Notes under the pieces: generated by a model | Told to the model about the DNA's origin: nothing | Seen by the model: the letters and a program-made list of their open reading frames with translations, nothing else | The model's database searches: none | Translations under genes and position numbers: made by a program | NCBI GenBank assembly: GCA_016929445.1 | Contig: JAFGIU010000055.1 | Coordinates: 4,629-68,628, forward strand | Direction: 5' to 3' | DNA from: Candidatus Omnitrophota bacterium | GTDB lineage: Bacteria; Omnitrophota; Gorgyraeia; JAFGIU01 | DNA: 64,000 nucleotides | Shown here: positions 18,222 through 28,875 of the stretch, in pieces | How the letters are laid out: each line of letters opens with the position of its first letter | Numbering within the stretch: the stretch's first letter is position 1

Positions 18222-19904
18222 TCAAAACGTCGTCGCGCCCTCAGAGGCGGAGCGGACGGTCCGCGCAAATTTGGCCAGGGCCCCGCGCGCGGCTTTTGGC
18301 GCAGGCGCTTTCCAAGCAGCCCGCCGACGTTCCAGCTCAGCCTCGTCCACAGCCAGCTCCAGGCGTTGTCCGTCCCCGTCAATGGTCACCTGGTCGCCTT
18401 CCTCTACCAAAGCAATGGGGCCGCCGACCTGGGACTCCGGGCAGACATGGCCCACAACCAAGCCATGGGTCCCGCCCGAAAACCGCCCATCCGTGATCAA
18501 TCCAATTTTCTCGCCCAGACCCTGACCCACCAGCGCCGCTGTAACGGAAAGCATCTCGCGCATGCCCGGGCCACCCACTGGGCCCTCCCCGCGCAGCACC
18601 ACCACATCGCCCTCCACGATCTTGCGGGCCTTCACCGCTTCAAACGCAGCTTCTTCGCCTTCAAAAACCCGGGCCGGGCCCGTGATCCGGCGCTTCTTCA
18701 GGCCCGCCACCTTGCACACGGCCCCTTCGGGCGCCAAGTTGCCGCGCAAAATCACAATATGCCCGCTCTTAAACATGGGTTTGTCCATGGGCAGCACCAC
18801 CTTCTGCTGGCGTTCATAAATACTGCGCACGGTTCGGAGGTTTTCCGCCAAGCTCGCGCCCGTGCAAGTCAAACAGTCGCCGTGCAGCATGCCCGCATCC
18901 AGCAGCGCCTTGAGCACTGCAGGCGTGCCCCCAACCCGGTGCAGGTCGTACATCACGTACTTGCCGCCTGGCTTGAGATCCGCCAGATGCGGGACCTTTT
19001 GCCCAATCCGGTCAAAATCGTCCAAACTCCACTCCACCTCGGCCTCACGCGCAATAGCCATCAGATGAAGCACGGCATTGGTTGATCCGCCCAGGGCCAG
19101 AACCAGCGTGTATGCATTTTCCAAAGATTTGCGCGTGATGATGTCACGCGGACGGATATTCTTTTCGACCAGACGCACCAGCGCCATCCCCGACAAATAC
19201 GACTCCCGCTCCTTAGCCGCGGAAACTGCCGGATTGCTCGCATTAAAGGGAAGAGCCATACCCATGGCCTCAATGGCTGAAGCCATGGTGTTGGCCGTGT
19301 ACATCCCGCCGCATGAACCGTGTCCCGGACAGGCATTGACTTCTACCTGGTGTACCCCCGCCTCGTCCAAGGTACCGGCCTGGTACTTGCCCACAGCTTC
19401 GAAGATAGAAACAATATCAATGTCTTCCCCGCTGGCACCCACGCCAGGCAAGGTGCTCCCGCCATAAACCAATATCCCCGGGATATTCATACGCGCCATG
19501 GCCATCACACAACCCGGCATATTCTTGTCACAGCCGGCAAATCCCAGAACCCCATCGTGATTCATACCGCCTGAAACAATTTCCAGGCTATCGGCAATGG
19601 TCTCACGGGAAACCATACTGTAACGCATGCCCTGGTGGCCCATCATGATGCCGTCCGAGGCTGTGGGCGCTCCATAAATCTGGCCCACCCCGCCGGCCGC
19701 GCGAATCCCCTCCAGCCCTTTACGGGCGAGGCGATCCAAATGCGCATTACACGGGGTGATATCGCTAAACATCGAGGCAACCCCGATCATGGGGCGTGTG
19801 AAATCGTCATCGTGGAATCCCACTGCACGGAGCATGGCGCGATTCGGGGCACGCCCGATGCCCTCTGTGGTCAAACGGCTCTTTTTGTTATCGTTCTTCG
19901 ACAT
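18222..19904 (-). CDS. ilvD: Dihydroxy-acid dehydratase
   Basis: IlvD/EDD-family motifs are present (CDKNMPG, SGGTHG). The start MSKNDNKK has the RBS GGAGG. Confidence 0.9.
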   Translation of the reverse strand: MSKNDNKKSRLTTEGIGRAPNRAMLRAVGFHDDDFTRPMIGVASMFSDITPCNAHLDRLARKGLEGIRAAGGVGQIYGAPTASDGIMMGHQGMRYSMVSRETIADSLEIVSGGMNHDGVLGFAGCDKNMPGCVMAMARMNIPGILVYGGSTLPGVGASGEDIDIVSIFEAVGKYQAGTLDEAGVHQVEVNACPGHGSCGGMYTANTMASAIEAMGMALPFNASNPAVSAAKERESYLSGMALVRLVEKNIRPRDIITRKSLENAYTLVLALGGSTNAVLHLMAIAREAEVEWSLDDFDRIGQKVPHLADLKPGGKYVMYDLHRVGGTPAVLKALLDAGMLHGDCLTCTGASLAENLRTVRSIYERQQKVVLPMDKPMFKSGHIVILRGNLAPEGAVCKVAGLKKRRITGPARVFEGEEAAFEAVKARKIVEGDVVVLRGEGPVGGPGMREMLSVTAALVGQGLGEKIGLITDGRFSGGTHGLVVGHVCPESQVGGPIALVEEGDQVTIDGDGQRLELAVDEAELERRRAAWKAPAPKAARGALAKFARTVRSASEGATTF

Positions 19905-19978
19905 ACTGGCCTCCTTAATAGAAAGATGACACCCGATTCGTTTAAGAGTTTGAGACTGTGCCTTGCTGAAGTCAAGGA

Positions 19979-22780
19979 CTAGAGGAGTTTGAGCACAAAA
20001 ATCACAAGCTGCGCAGCCACCAACATCAGGATAAGGGCCACAGGATACGCTGCCGCATAGCTCACCACAGGCAGCCCGGAATCGGTCTTGCTTTTGATGG
20101 CCCCAAGAGCCGGGGTGGAAGTCATCCCTCCACAAATCCCTCCCAAGGTCCGCAAGAGATCCATCTTCAGGAAATAGGTGCTGAAAATAAAGCCCGCAAT
20201 CATGGGCACCAGAGTGACGACCGCGCCGACAAGGAAAAGCTGAACACCGTGTACTCCAACGACTTGCATAAACGATCCTCCGGCCCGCACTCCGGCATTG
20301 GCCAGGAAGAAGACAAGCCCGAGCTCCATCAAAAGCATCCGTGCTGCAAAAGGCATCCGCCCGACCACCCTGCCGACGCGGCCGAAGTGTCCCAGCAAGA
20401 GGGCCACAAAAAGCACCCCGCCCGAAAGACCAAAAGTGAAATTGCGCGCACCGGCAATGGAAATCGGCAAAAGTCCCAGGACCACACCCAGAAGCAAGCC
20501 AACGAACAAGGAGACCAGGTCGGTCTCCTGCAGGGCTCGGGCCTTATGACCGCACTCTGCAGCCACCTGCTTGATGCCTTCCGGATCCCCGACCACACGA
20601 ATCACGTCCTGCAGATCGATTTTGTTCTCCATGCGCGGGACAAACTCCACTTCGTTGCGCTTGATCCGGGTTATGGTCACGCCAAAGCGCTTCAGAAGCT
20701 GCAGTTCCCCAAGCATTTTGCCTGCAAATTCCCGGTTGGTGACCACAAGTTCCATCACATCGTAATCGCGGGAATCCTGGACATGGGGCAGATCCACCTT
20801 CTTACCCAAAAACTCGATCACCCCGGCAAGCTCCTTTTCCCGGCCAACCACACGCAAAACCTGCCCCTTTTCAAAACACGTATCGTACTGCACCGGAACC
20901 AGTTGCTCTCCCATAAGCCTCCGGCTGATCCGGCAATGCGTATTGGCAATAAAAGCGCACTCCTCAATGCTCTTGCCCACAATGGATTCATTCGTCACTT
21001 CAACAAGCACCGCTTGGATGCTCTTCCCGCTCTTGCCCGCATCCTCCAATGTGGCGGCAAGCTGATCAAGGTCTTTGCCCAACAAACGAGGAAGAAGTTG
21101 AACAAAAAGCACCACGCCGATTACTCCGAAGGGATAAGCAATACCGTATCCCACCGAAACATTGGTGCCCAAGTCCTTGAGCGTGTCCATGGCCGCGGCT
21201 AAAGCCGGAGTACTCGTCAAACTGCCGGCCAAAATGCCTACGGCCAAATCTGCCGGCACTTTAAAGAGCCAGGCCATCCAAACCGTGCAAAGAGAAGCCG
21301 CCGATACAATAAGAATCGACAGCTTGGCCAAGTTTGCACCCTGTTTCCGGAAAGCCGCAAAAAAGCTGGGTCCTGCGCTGATACCCACACAATAGATAAA
21401 CAAAATGAGACCCAAGGTCCCCACACCCGCAGGAATAGTGAAGTGAAAGTGTCCAAAAAGAAGGGCTGTAAAAAGCACGCCCGAGTTCCCCAAAGAGACC
21501 CCCCAGACCCTGACATTCCCAAGAAGAAGACCCAGGGCCAAAATCCCGAAAAGCGCAATAAACTGGTTGTCGAAAAGAGTCTTCAGAAAAGAAGACTTAA
21601 TTTCCTGAGTGGGCGTTCCGGGTTGCGCCTTCTCAACCACATCAAAAACCCGGTCCGGCGGATACACTGTGGAGATAGCGCCTTTTTCTACCTTCTGAAT
21701 CACGGGGCTCAATGTACATTGCTGCACATAGCCCCCGAACTGAACAAAGGAGATCGATCCCAGCGGAGTCTCGAAGGTTTCTTCCCTCAAGACCTTAGTC
21801 AGAGGCTTCTGGGAGCTGGACGAAAGCTGCAATGCCTCCCCGGCAATCATCAAGGAGGAATAGGCCTGCACATTGTGATACTGGGGATAGACCACAGCGA
21901 GCCCGGCCTTGTACTTATTGAGGAAGCGCTCAGTAAAGCGGCCCACCTCCAAGCTGGGTGCGTCATCCTGCCAGGGATTAAGCAAGAAAACCTCCGCCCC
22001 GCTCTGCGTGGCAAAAGTCCGGAATGCCGGGGTCAGAAATCCTGCCAGAAATCCCACAACCGTGCCTTTACCCTGCATAAAACTCGTCAGTTGCCGGCAA
22101 TCCTCAACTTCGCGGCTAATCATAATCACTATGGGCGACTTCTTTCCGGCTAAAACACTCATTGCCGTGCCCAGATTCCCCTGGGTATATTCCAGAACGT
22201 GGGGCCGCACCTGATTGACCACAAAAGCCTCCTCTAAGGCCGCCTTGGCAGAGTCCGCAAAGGAGGACCGCTCAACGACTATGGTCACATTCAGTGCTTT
22301 GCCATCTTCCCGGCCGAGATGACTCACAAAATCCACGAGTCTTCCTGCAAGAATTCCCGACGGTGTAGCCACGCGAAAGACATTCGCCGCGCCGCTGCGG
22401 GTGAGGTTGTCCTGAGTTGCCGAGGGCAGAATAAGCGGCACACCGGAAACCCGCAGATGCTGAATAACCTCCTCGGATTCATCGCTGCTGTAGGGCCCCA
22501 CAATGAGCTCGGGCTCCCACTTGAGCACCTCGGAGTCGAGAAACCCGGCGATGGAGCCTGAACAGGATCCAATATCAAAATAACGGACTTCCACCTTCAG
22601 GTTCTGCCGCGCAAGATCGACCCTGGCCAACTCATATCCCTGCATCTGCAAGTTCCCATAGGACGCAAAAGGTCCATTCTGAGGAACCAACACGGCAATC
22701 TTGCCGGCAGACTCTTCAGCCAAAGCATTGGAACATGCAGTGGTCAAAAAGATTGAGATAAGTAGGAGTTTTTTAAGCAC
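19979..22780 (-). CDS. Fusion protein: N-terminal periplasmic solute-binding lipoprotein domain (type-1 PBP, Leu/Ile/Val-binding-like) plus YidE/YbjL-family (AAE) duplicated transporter with two RCK_C/TrkA_C domains
   Basis: 933 aa. It has a lipobox LTTAC. Residues about 25-390 are PBP1-like and residues about 400-933 form a two-repeat membrane domain with central TrkA_C-like segments (VLRVVGREKEL..., DVIRVVGDPEG). Confidence 0.65.
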   Translation of the reverse strand: MLKKLLLISIFLTTACSNALAEESAGKIAVLVPQNGPFASYGNLQMQGYELARVDLARQNLKVEVRYFDIGSCSGSIAGFLDSEVLKWEPELIVGPYSSDESEEVIQHLRVSGVPLILPSATQDNLTRSGAANVFRVATPSGILAGRLVDFVSHLGREDGKALNVTIVVERSSFADSAKAALEEAFVVNQVRPHVLEYTQGNLGTAMSVLAGKKSPIVIMISREVEDCRQLTSFMQGKGTVVGFLAGFLTPAFRTFATQSGAEVFLLNPWQDDAPSLEVGRFTERFLNKYKAGLAVVYPQYHNVQAYSSLMIAGEALQLSSSSQKPLTKVLREETFETPLGSISFVQFGGYVQQCTLSPVIQKVEKGAISTVYPPDRVFDVVEKAQPGTPTQEIKSSFLKTLFDNQFIALFGILALGLLLGNVRVWGVSLGNSGVLFTALLFGHFHFTIPAGVGTLGLILFIYCVGISAGPSFFAAFRKQGANLAKLSILIVSAASLCTVWMAWLFKVPADLAVGILAGSLTSTPALAAAMDTLKDLGTNVSVGYGIAYPFGVIGVVLFVQLLPRLLGKDLDQLAATLEDAGKSGKSIQAVLVEVTNESIVGKSIEECAFIANTHCRISRRLMGEQLVPVQYDTCFEKGQVLRVVGREKELAGVIEFLGKKVDLPHVQDSRDYDVMELVVTNREFAGKMLGELQLLKRFGVTITRIKRNEVEFVPRMENKIDLQDVIRVVGDPEGIKQVAAECGHKARALQETDLVSLFVGLLLGVVLGLLPISIAGARNFTFGLSGGVLFVALLLGHFGRVGRVVGRMPFAARMLLMELGLVFFLANAGVRAGGSFMQVVGVHGVQLFLVGAVVTLVPMIAGFIFSTYFLKMDLLRTLGGICGGMTSTPALGAIKSKTDSGLPVVSYAAAYPVALILMLVAAQLVIFVLKLL

Positions 22781-23433
22781 TACGGCGCTTCACTAATGCC
22801 TTTGAGACGATCGCGTTGCACGATCGTGGTGGATCCCCTCGAGGATTCCACCACTCCCTGCTTCTTCAGGTGACTCAACACACGGATCGTCGTCTCAACC
22901 GTTGTGTTGGTCATGGAGGCCAACTCTTGCTTGGTTAACGGAATTGTCTCCCCGAACTTATCCGACAAGACCAGCAGCGTATAGGCCAGACGCTGCTCTA
23001 CCGGGTCCCCGGCAATACAGCCCTTCTGTTCCATACGCCGGAGACGTCCGCAAAAATTCTCCAATACATCTTGGAGGAAGCGCGGATTCCGATCAAGAAG
23101 AGCCTTGAAGGCTTCCCGGGGAATCCGCACCACCACCGAATCCACTGCTGCCACAGCATCCAATGCAAAGGGCTTCCCGTCCAAGGCCGGCAAACAACAA
23201 AACAGCTCATTCTTGGTCATCAAACAAAGAGTCACCGCGTGCCCATTGTCCATGAACTTCTTCATGTGCACACGGCCCTCTTTGACAAGATGCAGCGCAT
23301 CCGCAGGTTCGCCCGCAAAAAACACGGTCTCACCTTTAGCAAAAAAGCGCTCCCGGGAAGCCGAAGCAAGTTGCTCACGTTCCTCCGGGGAAAGGGACTG
23401 CAGTATATCTACTGTAGCAAGGTATCGTTCCAT
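22780..23433 (-). CDS. Crp/Fnr-family transcriptional regulator
   Basis: It has a cNMP-binding-like beta-roll (FFAKGETVFFAGEPAD) and a C-terminal HTH (QELASMTNTTVETTIRVLSHL). Its stop overlaps the start of the fused transporter gene. Confidence 0.8.
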   Translation of the reverse strand: MERYLATVDILQSLSPEEREQLASASRERFFAKGETVFFAGEPADALHLVKEGRVHMKKFMDNGHAVTLCLMTKNELFCCLPALDGKPFALDAVAAVDSVVVRIPREAFKALLDRNPRFLQDVLENFCGRLRRMEQKGCIAGDPVEQRLAYTLLVLSDKFGETIPLTKQELASMTNTTVETTIRVLSHLKKQGVVESSRGSTTIVQRDRLKGISEAP

Positions 23434-23452
23434 ATTCGTATCGCAATCCTGC

Positions 23453-25576
23453 TTATTCTTGTTCCCGCAGAATGATCCGGGAATCCAGAGCCAGCACACC
23501 TTCTCCTTCCGCAAAGGCTACCAAAGGATTGATGTCCAGTTCTGCGATTTCATCGAGCTCCACCGCCAGTTGGGACACGCGCTTTAGAGCATCCTCAATC
23601 GAGGCAATATCAGCCTTGGCGTCTCCGCGATAGCCTTCCAGAAGCTTGTGGGCTTTGATGGACTCCACCATGCGGGTCGCACCGTGTATCCGGATGGGTG
23701 CCAAGCGGAAGGTCACGTCCTTGAAGACTTCGACAAAGGTTCCGCCCAGACCGAACATCACCATGGGGCCGAAACGCTCGTCCCGCTTCATCCCGATAAT
23801 AACCTCACATCCCTTGGACATAGGCTGCACAGTGACACCGGCGATATCGGCATCTGGGCAATTTTGCTTCACAGCACTCATCATCTTCCCATGGGCCAGT
23901 GCCAGGTGATCGGCATCTTCGATATTGAGGGCCACGCCGCCCACATCCTTCTTGTGCAAGATGTCCTTTGAACTGATCTTGATAACCACGGGATAGCCGC
24001 ATTTCTGGGCCGCAGCCTTGGCGGCATCCAGGTTGGGAGCCAGTACGGACTGTACCACCGGAATTCCGTAGGCGCGGAGGACATCACCGGCCTCCACTTC
24101 CAGGAGGTACTTCCGGCCCTGCTTGCGCGCTTGCGCAATAATGTCCAAAGCCTTTTGCTTGTCCACTTCGTAGTTCTGCACTCCGGTGCGCGGCCGCGTC
24201 AGCCAGCGTTTCGAGTAATTAGACATGGCCGCCAAAGCATGACAGGCCTCCTCCGGGAACTGGTACCGAGGAATCCCGTGCTCCTCGAGCTTCTTGACGC
24301 CCGCAGACACGTCGTGAGCACCCATAAAACACGCAATCACAGGCTTGTGGTGTTTTTTGGATTCTCTGCCAATGGCGTCCCCGATTGCTTCGGTATCCGT
24401 CATGGCCTGAGGTGTCAGAATCACGACCGAACCGTCCACATTGGGATCCTGAAACACCGCGCTCAGAGCGTGCTCATAGCGGTCGCTCTGGGCATCCCCA
24501 ATCACGTCCACCGGATTGTGAAAGTTCGCTGTAGGCGGGAGCCACTTCTTGAGTTCCTCGACCGTACTCGGCTCCAGAGCAGCCAATTCCAAACCACGGC
24601 GCACACAGGCATCCGTGGCCATAATACCCGGGCCTCCTGCGTTCGTGATGATTGCCACGCGGTTGCTCTTAGGCAAAGGCTGCTTGTCAAATGCCACGCC
24701 GTAGCCAAAAAGCTCCTTTACAGAGTCCACCCGCATGACCCCGGACTGAGCGAAAATGGCGTCGTAAACCTCATCCTGGCCGGCCAAAGAACCGGTATGG
24801 GAGGAAGCTGCCTTGGCGCCTGCACTGGTGCGGCCGGATTTGATAGCCAGGATCGGCTTGGGCGTATCGAGCTCTCCGGTAATCTCGCGCGCGATTTCTA
24901 TAAATCCGCGTCCATCCGCCAAGTCCTCCAAATACAGAAGGATGACCTTGGTCTTAGGGTCATCCTTGAGGTAACGCAATAAATCATTCTCTTTGAGGTC
25001 TGCCTTGTTTCCCATACTGATAAATTTAGAGAAACCAATGCCCTCGGCGCGGGCAAAGTCCAGAACAGCTGTGCAGATGGCGCCGCTCTGGGACACAAAG
25101 GCAATGGATCCGTTCAAGGGCATGTGCGTAGCAAAGCTGGCGTTGAGGCGCACGTCGGTATCACCGTTGATCACACCCAGACAGTTGGGGCCGATTAAAG
25201 GGATCCCGTACTTGCGGGCCACTGCCACGGTTTCCTGCTCAAGCCGCTTGCCTTCCTCACCGACCTCTTTGAAGCCGGCACTGATGATAATGGCGGACTT
25301 CACACCCTTCTTGCCACACTCTTCCATGACTGCGGGAGCTACCTTGCTCGGGACAATGATCGTCGCCAAATCCACGGCTTCGGGGATCGCAGAAACGGAT
25401 TCAAAACTGGGGACCCCCAGCACATCCTTGGCCTTAGGATTCACAGGATAAATCTTTCCCTGGAACGGGGCTTCAAGCAGGTTCTGCAACACAGCCTGCC
25501 CCACACTGCCTGCCTTGGTGGATGCTCCGATCACCGCAATAGACTTGGGTGAAAAGAGCGGCTCTAACGACGACAT
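23453..25576 (-). CDS. Acetyl-CoA synthetase (ADP-forming), fused alpha/beta domains (NDP-forming acyl-CoA synthetase family)
   Basis: It has a CoA-binding N-terminus (SIAVIGAS), succinyl-CoA-synthetase-like domains and a C-terminal ATP-grasp. The start MSSLEP has the RBS AAGGGAGGG. Confidence 0.8.
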   Translation of the reverse strand: MSSLEPLFSPKSIAVIGASTKAGSVGQAVLQNLLEAPFQGKIYPVNPKAKDVLGVPSFESVSAIPEAVDLATIIVPSKVAPAVMEECGKKGVKSAIIISAGFKEVGEEGKRLEQETVAVARKYGIPLIGPNCLGVINGDTDVRLNASFATHMPLNGSIAFVSQSGAICTAVLDFARAEGIGFSKFISMGNKADLKENDLLRYLKDDPKTKVILLYLEDLADGRGFIEIAREITGELDTPKPILAIKSGRTSAGAKAASSHTGSLAGQDEVYDAIFAQSGVMRVDSVKELFGYGVAFDKQPLPKSNRVAIITNAGGPGIMATDACVRRGLELAALEPSTVEELKKWLPPTANFHNPVDVIGDAQSDRYEHALSAVFQDPNVDGSVVILTPQAMTDTEAIGDAIGRESKKHHKPVIACFMGAHDVSAGVKKLEEHGIPRYQFPEEACHALAAMSNYSKRWLTRPRTGVQNYEVDKQKALDIIAQARKQGRKYLLEVEAGDVLRAYGIPVVQSVLAPNLDAAKAAAQKCGYPVVIKISSKDILHKKDVGGVALNIEDADHLALAHGKMMSAVKQNCPDADIAGVTVQPMSKGCEVIIGMKRDERFGPMVMFGLGGTFVEVFKDVTFRLAPIRIHGATRMVESIKAHKLLEGYRGDAKADIASIEDALKRVSQLAVELDEIAELDINPLVAFAEGEGVLALDSRIILREQE

Positions 25577-25604
25577 AAGTCCCTCCCTTTTAACATTACT
25601 CAAA

Positions 25605-26117
25605 TTATCTTTCACTAACATCGGTAGCTCTCTCCTTATTCGAACTAGCTATTAGATTTAACAGATCAATGGAGCTAATGATACCTTTAAGTTTCCGGTT
25701 TTTGGTCACGATTACCCGGTGAATATGCTTATCCACCATCAGCCTGGCCACAGAACCCACCGGCGTTGTTTCCGCAACCTCGAAAACCGATGGAGTCATA
25801 ACGTCTGAAACACGCGTGTAGTCCGGCTCCTCAATCTGAAATCCCTCATCCACAAGAGAGGATCTCTGGGTCTGAAGATGGTAACCCGGGACCCGCAAGC
25901 CGGCGCTTCCACGGTCATGGCGCACCAAATCCGTCTCAGAGATGACGCCCACCAGGCCGCCGCGCTCATCCACGACCGGGGCGCCCGTGATGTGGTTCTC
26001 TGTAAACAGGGCCGCCACCTGCCTGAGGGTCCAGGCAGGACCCACGGTGAGGACATCGGTTTGCATAATATCCCTGGCTCGATTTTCTACGGAAATTTCA
26101 GAACTTATTGGTTTCAT
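25605..26117 (-). CDS. CBS-domain pair protein
   Basis: It has two CBS motifs (DIMQTDVLTV..., VSDVMTPSVFEV...). The start is uncertain; the ORF extends to 26213. Confidence 0.65.
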   Translation of the reverse strand: MKPISSEISVENRARDIMQTDVLTVGPAWTLRQVAALFTENHITGAPVVDERGGLVGVISETDLVRHDRGSAGLRVPGYHLQTQRSSLVDEGFQIEEPDYTRVSDVMTPSVFEVAETTPVGSVARLMVDKHIHRVIVTKNRKLKGIISSIDLLNLIASSNKERATDVSER

Positions 26118-26233
26118 TGGACTTTCAGCATTTGATCCGCTAAGACCGCGCCACAGGCGTATTGCCTGGAGTATGGGGCATGTCATAATATAAATCCAAT
26201 GAATCATCCTCAAATATAATATTAGAAAATCTA

Positions 26234-27109
26234 ATGATACGATCCTTACGCATTTACACAGATCTGGTGGAGACCCAGAGCTTTACCGAGGCCGCGCACC
26301 GCAACTATCTTACCCAGTCTGCGGTGAGCCAGCACCTCAAGGCTTTGGAGGAACGCCTGGGGCATAAGCTCGTGGAGCGGGGCCGGCGCCGCGTCAAGAT
26401 GACGGCAGCCGGAACCCTGGTCTATGAGGCAAGCAAGGAAATCCTCCGGCGCTACGAAGAAATGGAACGCGCGCTCAAGCGCCCCTTTGGGGAGGTTTCA
26501 GGACCGCTCAAGGTGGGCACCATCTATTCAGTGGGACTGCACGAACTCCCGTCCTATATCGCCTCTTACCTGGAGAATTTTCCCGAAGTGGACCTGCAGC
26601 TGATCTACCTGAAAGCCAACGAAGTTTACGACGCCGTTGCCACGGACCGCGTAGACCTCGGCATTGTGGCCTACCCTAAAATCCTGCCTCAATTCGAGAC
26701 CCTAATGTTCAAGAAGGACGAGTTAGTGTTGATCATGAACCGGAAGCATCGCTGGCGTAAACGCAAGAAAGTTTCATTAAAGGATTTGAGTGAGGAGCCT
26801 TACGAGGCGCTGCAGGTGGACATGCCGACTCGCAGGGCCTTGGACGCCCTGTTTCGAGAGGAGGGTATCCGCCCGCCTGTTCTCCACGAGTTCGACAATA
26901 TCGAGGTGCTGAAGAAAGCGGTGGAAGTAGGGCCCGGGGTTTCGATCGTTCCCCGGGCCACCGTAAGTTCTGAGGTGCAAGCCGGCACTCTTATTGTGGT
27001 GGAGCTCACCGAAGGACCCTTTGAGCGGCCTCTGGGGGTGTTGCACCGCAAGCGCGCCGAACTTTCCTTGCCCGCACAAGAGTTTGTGCAGATCTTGCTG
27101 AAACCCTAG
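26234..27109 (+). CDS. LysR-family transcriptional regulator (CysB-like, judged from context next to the sulfite reductase)
   Basis: It has an N-terminal wHTH (FTEAAHRNYLTQSAVSQHLKALEERLG) and the LysR substrate-binding domain. It is convergent with sir and overlaps it by 4 nt. Confidence 0.85.
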   Translation: MIRSLRIYTDLVETQSFTEAAHRNYLTQSAVSQHLKALEERLGHKLVERGRRRVKMTAAGTLVYEASKEILRRYEEMERALKRPFGEVSGPLKVGTIYSVGLHELPSYIASYLENFPEVDLQLIYLKANEVYDAVATDRVDLGIVAYPKILPQFETLMFKKDELVLIMNRKHRWRKRKKVSLKDLSEEPYEALQVDMPTRRALDALFREEGIRPPVLHEFDNIEVLKKAVEVGPGVSIVPRATVSSEVQAGTLIVVELTEGPFERPLGVLHRKRAELSLPAQEFVQILLKP

Positions 27110-28875
27110 GCTGCGCATTCTCCCGCGCCCATGCCCTCCAAAGAGAAGTCCGTTTCCGCACCCCAGTCCCGGTGCATAGAAGGATCCTCTTCATAGGACG
27201 GCAAGGTGGTGAACTCCTCCAGTTTCTCTTTCCAGAAGTCCTTGCCCACCCGCTCGACAAAACGGTTGAAGGACTCGTCTTCGGCCTCGCGCTCCTGGCG
27301 GAAGAGTTCCAGAATACGCTGCACGGCCCCGGGTACGCGCCGCGCAGGGAAACGCATCGTCGGTTTCCCAAAAATGGCCACACCTTCACCGGTTTGGCCC
27401 CCAAGCAACATCTGGAAATGCGGCACCAGGCGGCCGTCGATCTTTCGGGAGCCACCGAGGAACCCGATATTCGCTATGTGGTGCTGGCCGCAGGAATTCG
27501 GACAACCGCTTACCTTAATGCGAATGGTGTCCAGGTCTTCGCCCTGCAAACCGGATCTTTCCAGGGCCTGTTCAAGGGCCCGGGCTAAACCGCGGCTGGC
27601 TGCAATCCCCAGTTGGCAAGTTTCAGCCCCCGGACAAGAAGTAACGTCCAGAAGCCTCTCTGCCTCGGTGTCTGCAAGGCCTGCGCTTACCAAGGCTTCG
27701 TACAAGGCACCGAGATGCTCTTTCCGAATCCAGCGCAGCACCAAGTTCTGGCTAATCGCCGTGCGCAGGCGGCCACCGCAAAACCGCCGCACGATTTGTG
27801 CCAACTGCCTTGCCTGCTTTGAATTGATATCCCCCAGATGCAAACGGATCAGCACCATGGAGTAGCCGTCCTGTTTTTGGGGCACCACATTGGTCTGCAG
27901 CCAACGATAAAAGACCGGAGTATCGGGAGTGAGCTCTGGGATTTCCTTTGCAGCAGAAGGAGCCTGCTCTTCCGGGGCTTCCGCGATAGCAGCGAATTTC
28001 GAGACATCCAAAGATGCTCGCTCTTTAAACACTTCTGCGCGAAAGGCCTCGTCTCCCATCTTTTTGACGAGAAACTTCAGGCGGGCGGCCGCGCGATTCT
28101 TTCGTTCCCCTAAGCGGTCATGCACCCTCACGACTGCCTCACAGGTTCGCAGAAGGTCGGACACCGGAGTGAAGGGTTCCAGAAGGACGGCCTGACGGGG
28201 CACAGTGCCGAGCCCGCCGCCGCAGTACAACCGAAAACCGCGCACCGCCTTGCCATTCACATCTTGAATAGCCGCAACTCCACCGATATCGTGAATCGAC
28301 GTGCGCGCATGGTCCGCGGGGCTGCCCTCAAATGCCATCTTAAACTTGCGCGGCAGCTTTTGACTGGCAGGATGCCGCAAAAAATGATGGGTCACCGCTT
28401 CCACATACGGAGTCACATCAAAGAGCTCGTTGGGGTCAGTGCCTGCGTAGGGGGAACCCGTCACATTGCGCACACTGTTGCCGCAAGCTTCGCGGGTGGT
28501 TAGTCCGGCGCGCGCCAGAGCCGCAGTGACCTGGGGAATTTCCTTTACGGGAATCCAATAGAGTTGCACATCTTGGCGGGTCGTTATGTGGCTGATGCCT
28601 TTGGAGTATTTGTCGGCCACGTCTGCCAAGACCTCGAGCTGATCTGCATTCAAAAGCCCTCCCGGCACCTTCACGCGTAACATCTGGATATCGGAGAGAC
28701 CGCGAATGCCGTAAGTCCCCTGCATGAGGCGCCGCGCTTTAAACTCATCCGGGGTAATCTCACCCAGAAAATACTGTTCGATCATTTTCCGGAGTTCCTC
28801 GATTTCAGATTTCTCGAGCTCCGGTAAGCCTTGAAGCACTTCCTCCAAACGTTTCTCCAGCAAATTTTCTGCCAT
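27106..28875 (-). CDS. sir: Ferredoxin-type assimilatory sulfite reductase (siroheme/[4Fe-4S] hemoprotein, NirA/Sir family)
   Basis: 589 aa. It has the nitrite/sulfite reductase ferredoxin-like half-domains and the siroheme-Fe4S4 Cys cluster (TSCPGAETCQ ... SGCPNSCGQ). Confidence 0.8.
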   Translation of the reverse strand: MAENLLEKRLEEVLQGLPELEKSEIEELRKMIEQYFLGEITPDEFKARRLMQGTYGIRGLSDIQMLRVKVPGGLLNADQLEVLADVADKYSKGISHITTRQDVQLYWIPVKEIPQVTAALARAGLTTREACGNSVRNVTGSPYAGTDPNELFDVTPYVEAVTHHFLRHPASQKLPRKFKMAFEGSPADHARTSIHDIGGVAAIQDVNGKAVRGFRLYCGGGLGTVPRQAVLLEPFTPVSDLLRTCEAVVRVHDRLGERKNRAAARLKFLVKKMGDEAFRAEVFKERASLDVSKFAAIAEAPEEQAPSAAKEIPELTPDTPVFYRWLQTNVVPQKQDGYSMVLIRLHLGDINSKQARQLAQIVRRFCGGRLRTAISQNLVLRWIRKEHLGALYEALVSAGLADTEAERLLDVTSCPGAETCQLGIAASRGLARALEQALERSGLQGEDLDTIRIKVSGCPNSCGQHHIANIGFLGGSRKIDGRLVPHFQMLLGGQTGEGVAIFGKPTMRFPARRVPGAVQRILELFRQEREAEDESFNRFVERVGKDFWKEKLEEFTTLPSYEEDPSMHRDWGAETDFSLEGMGAGECAA

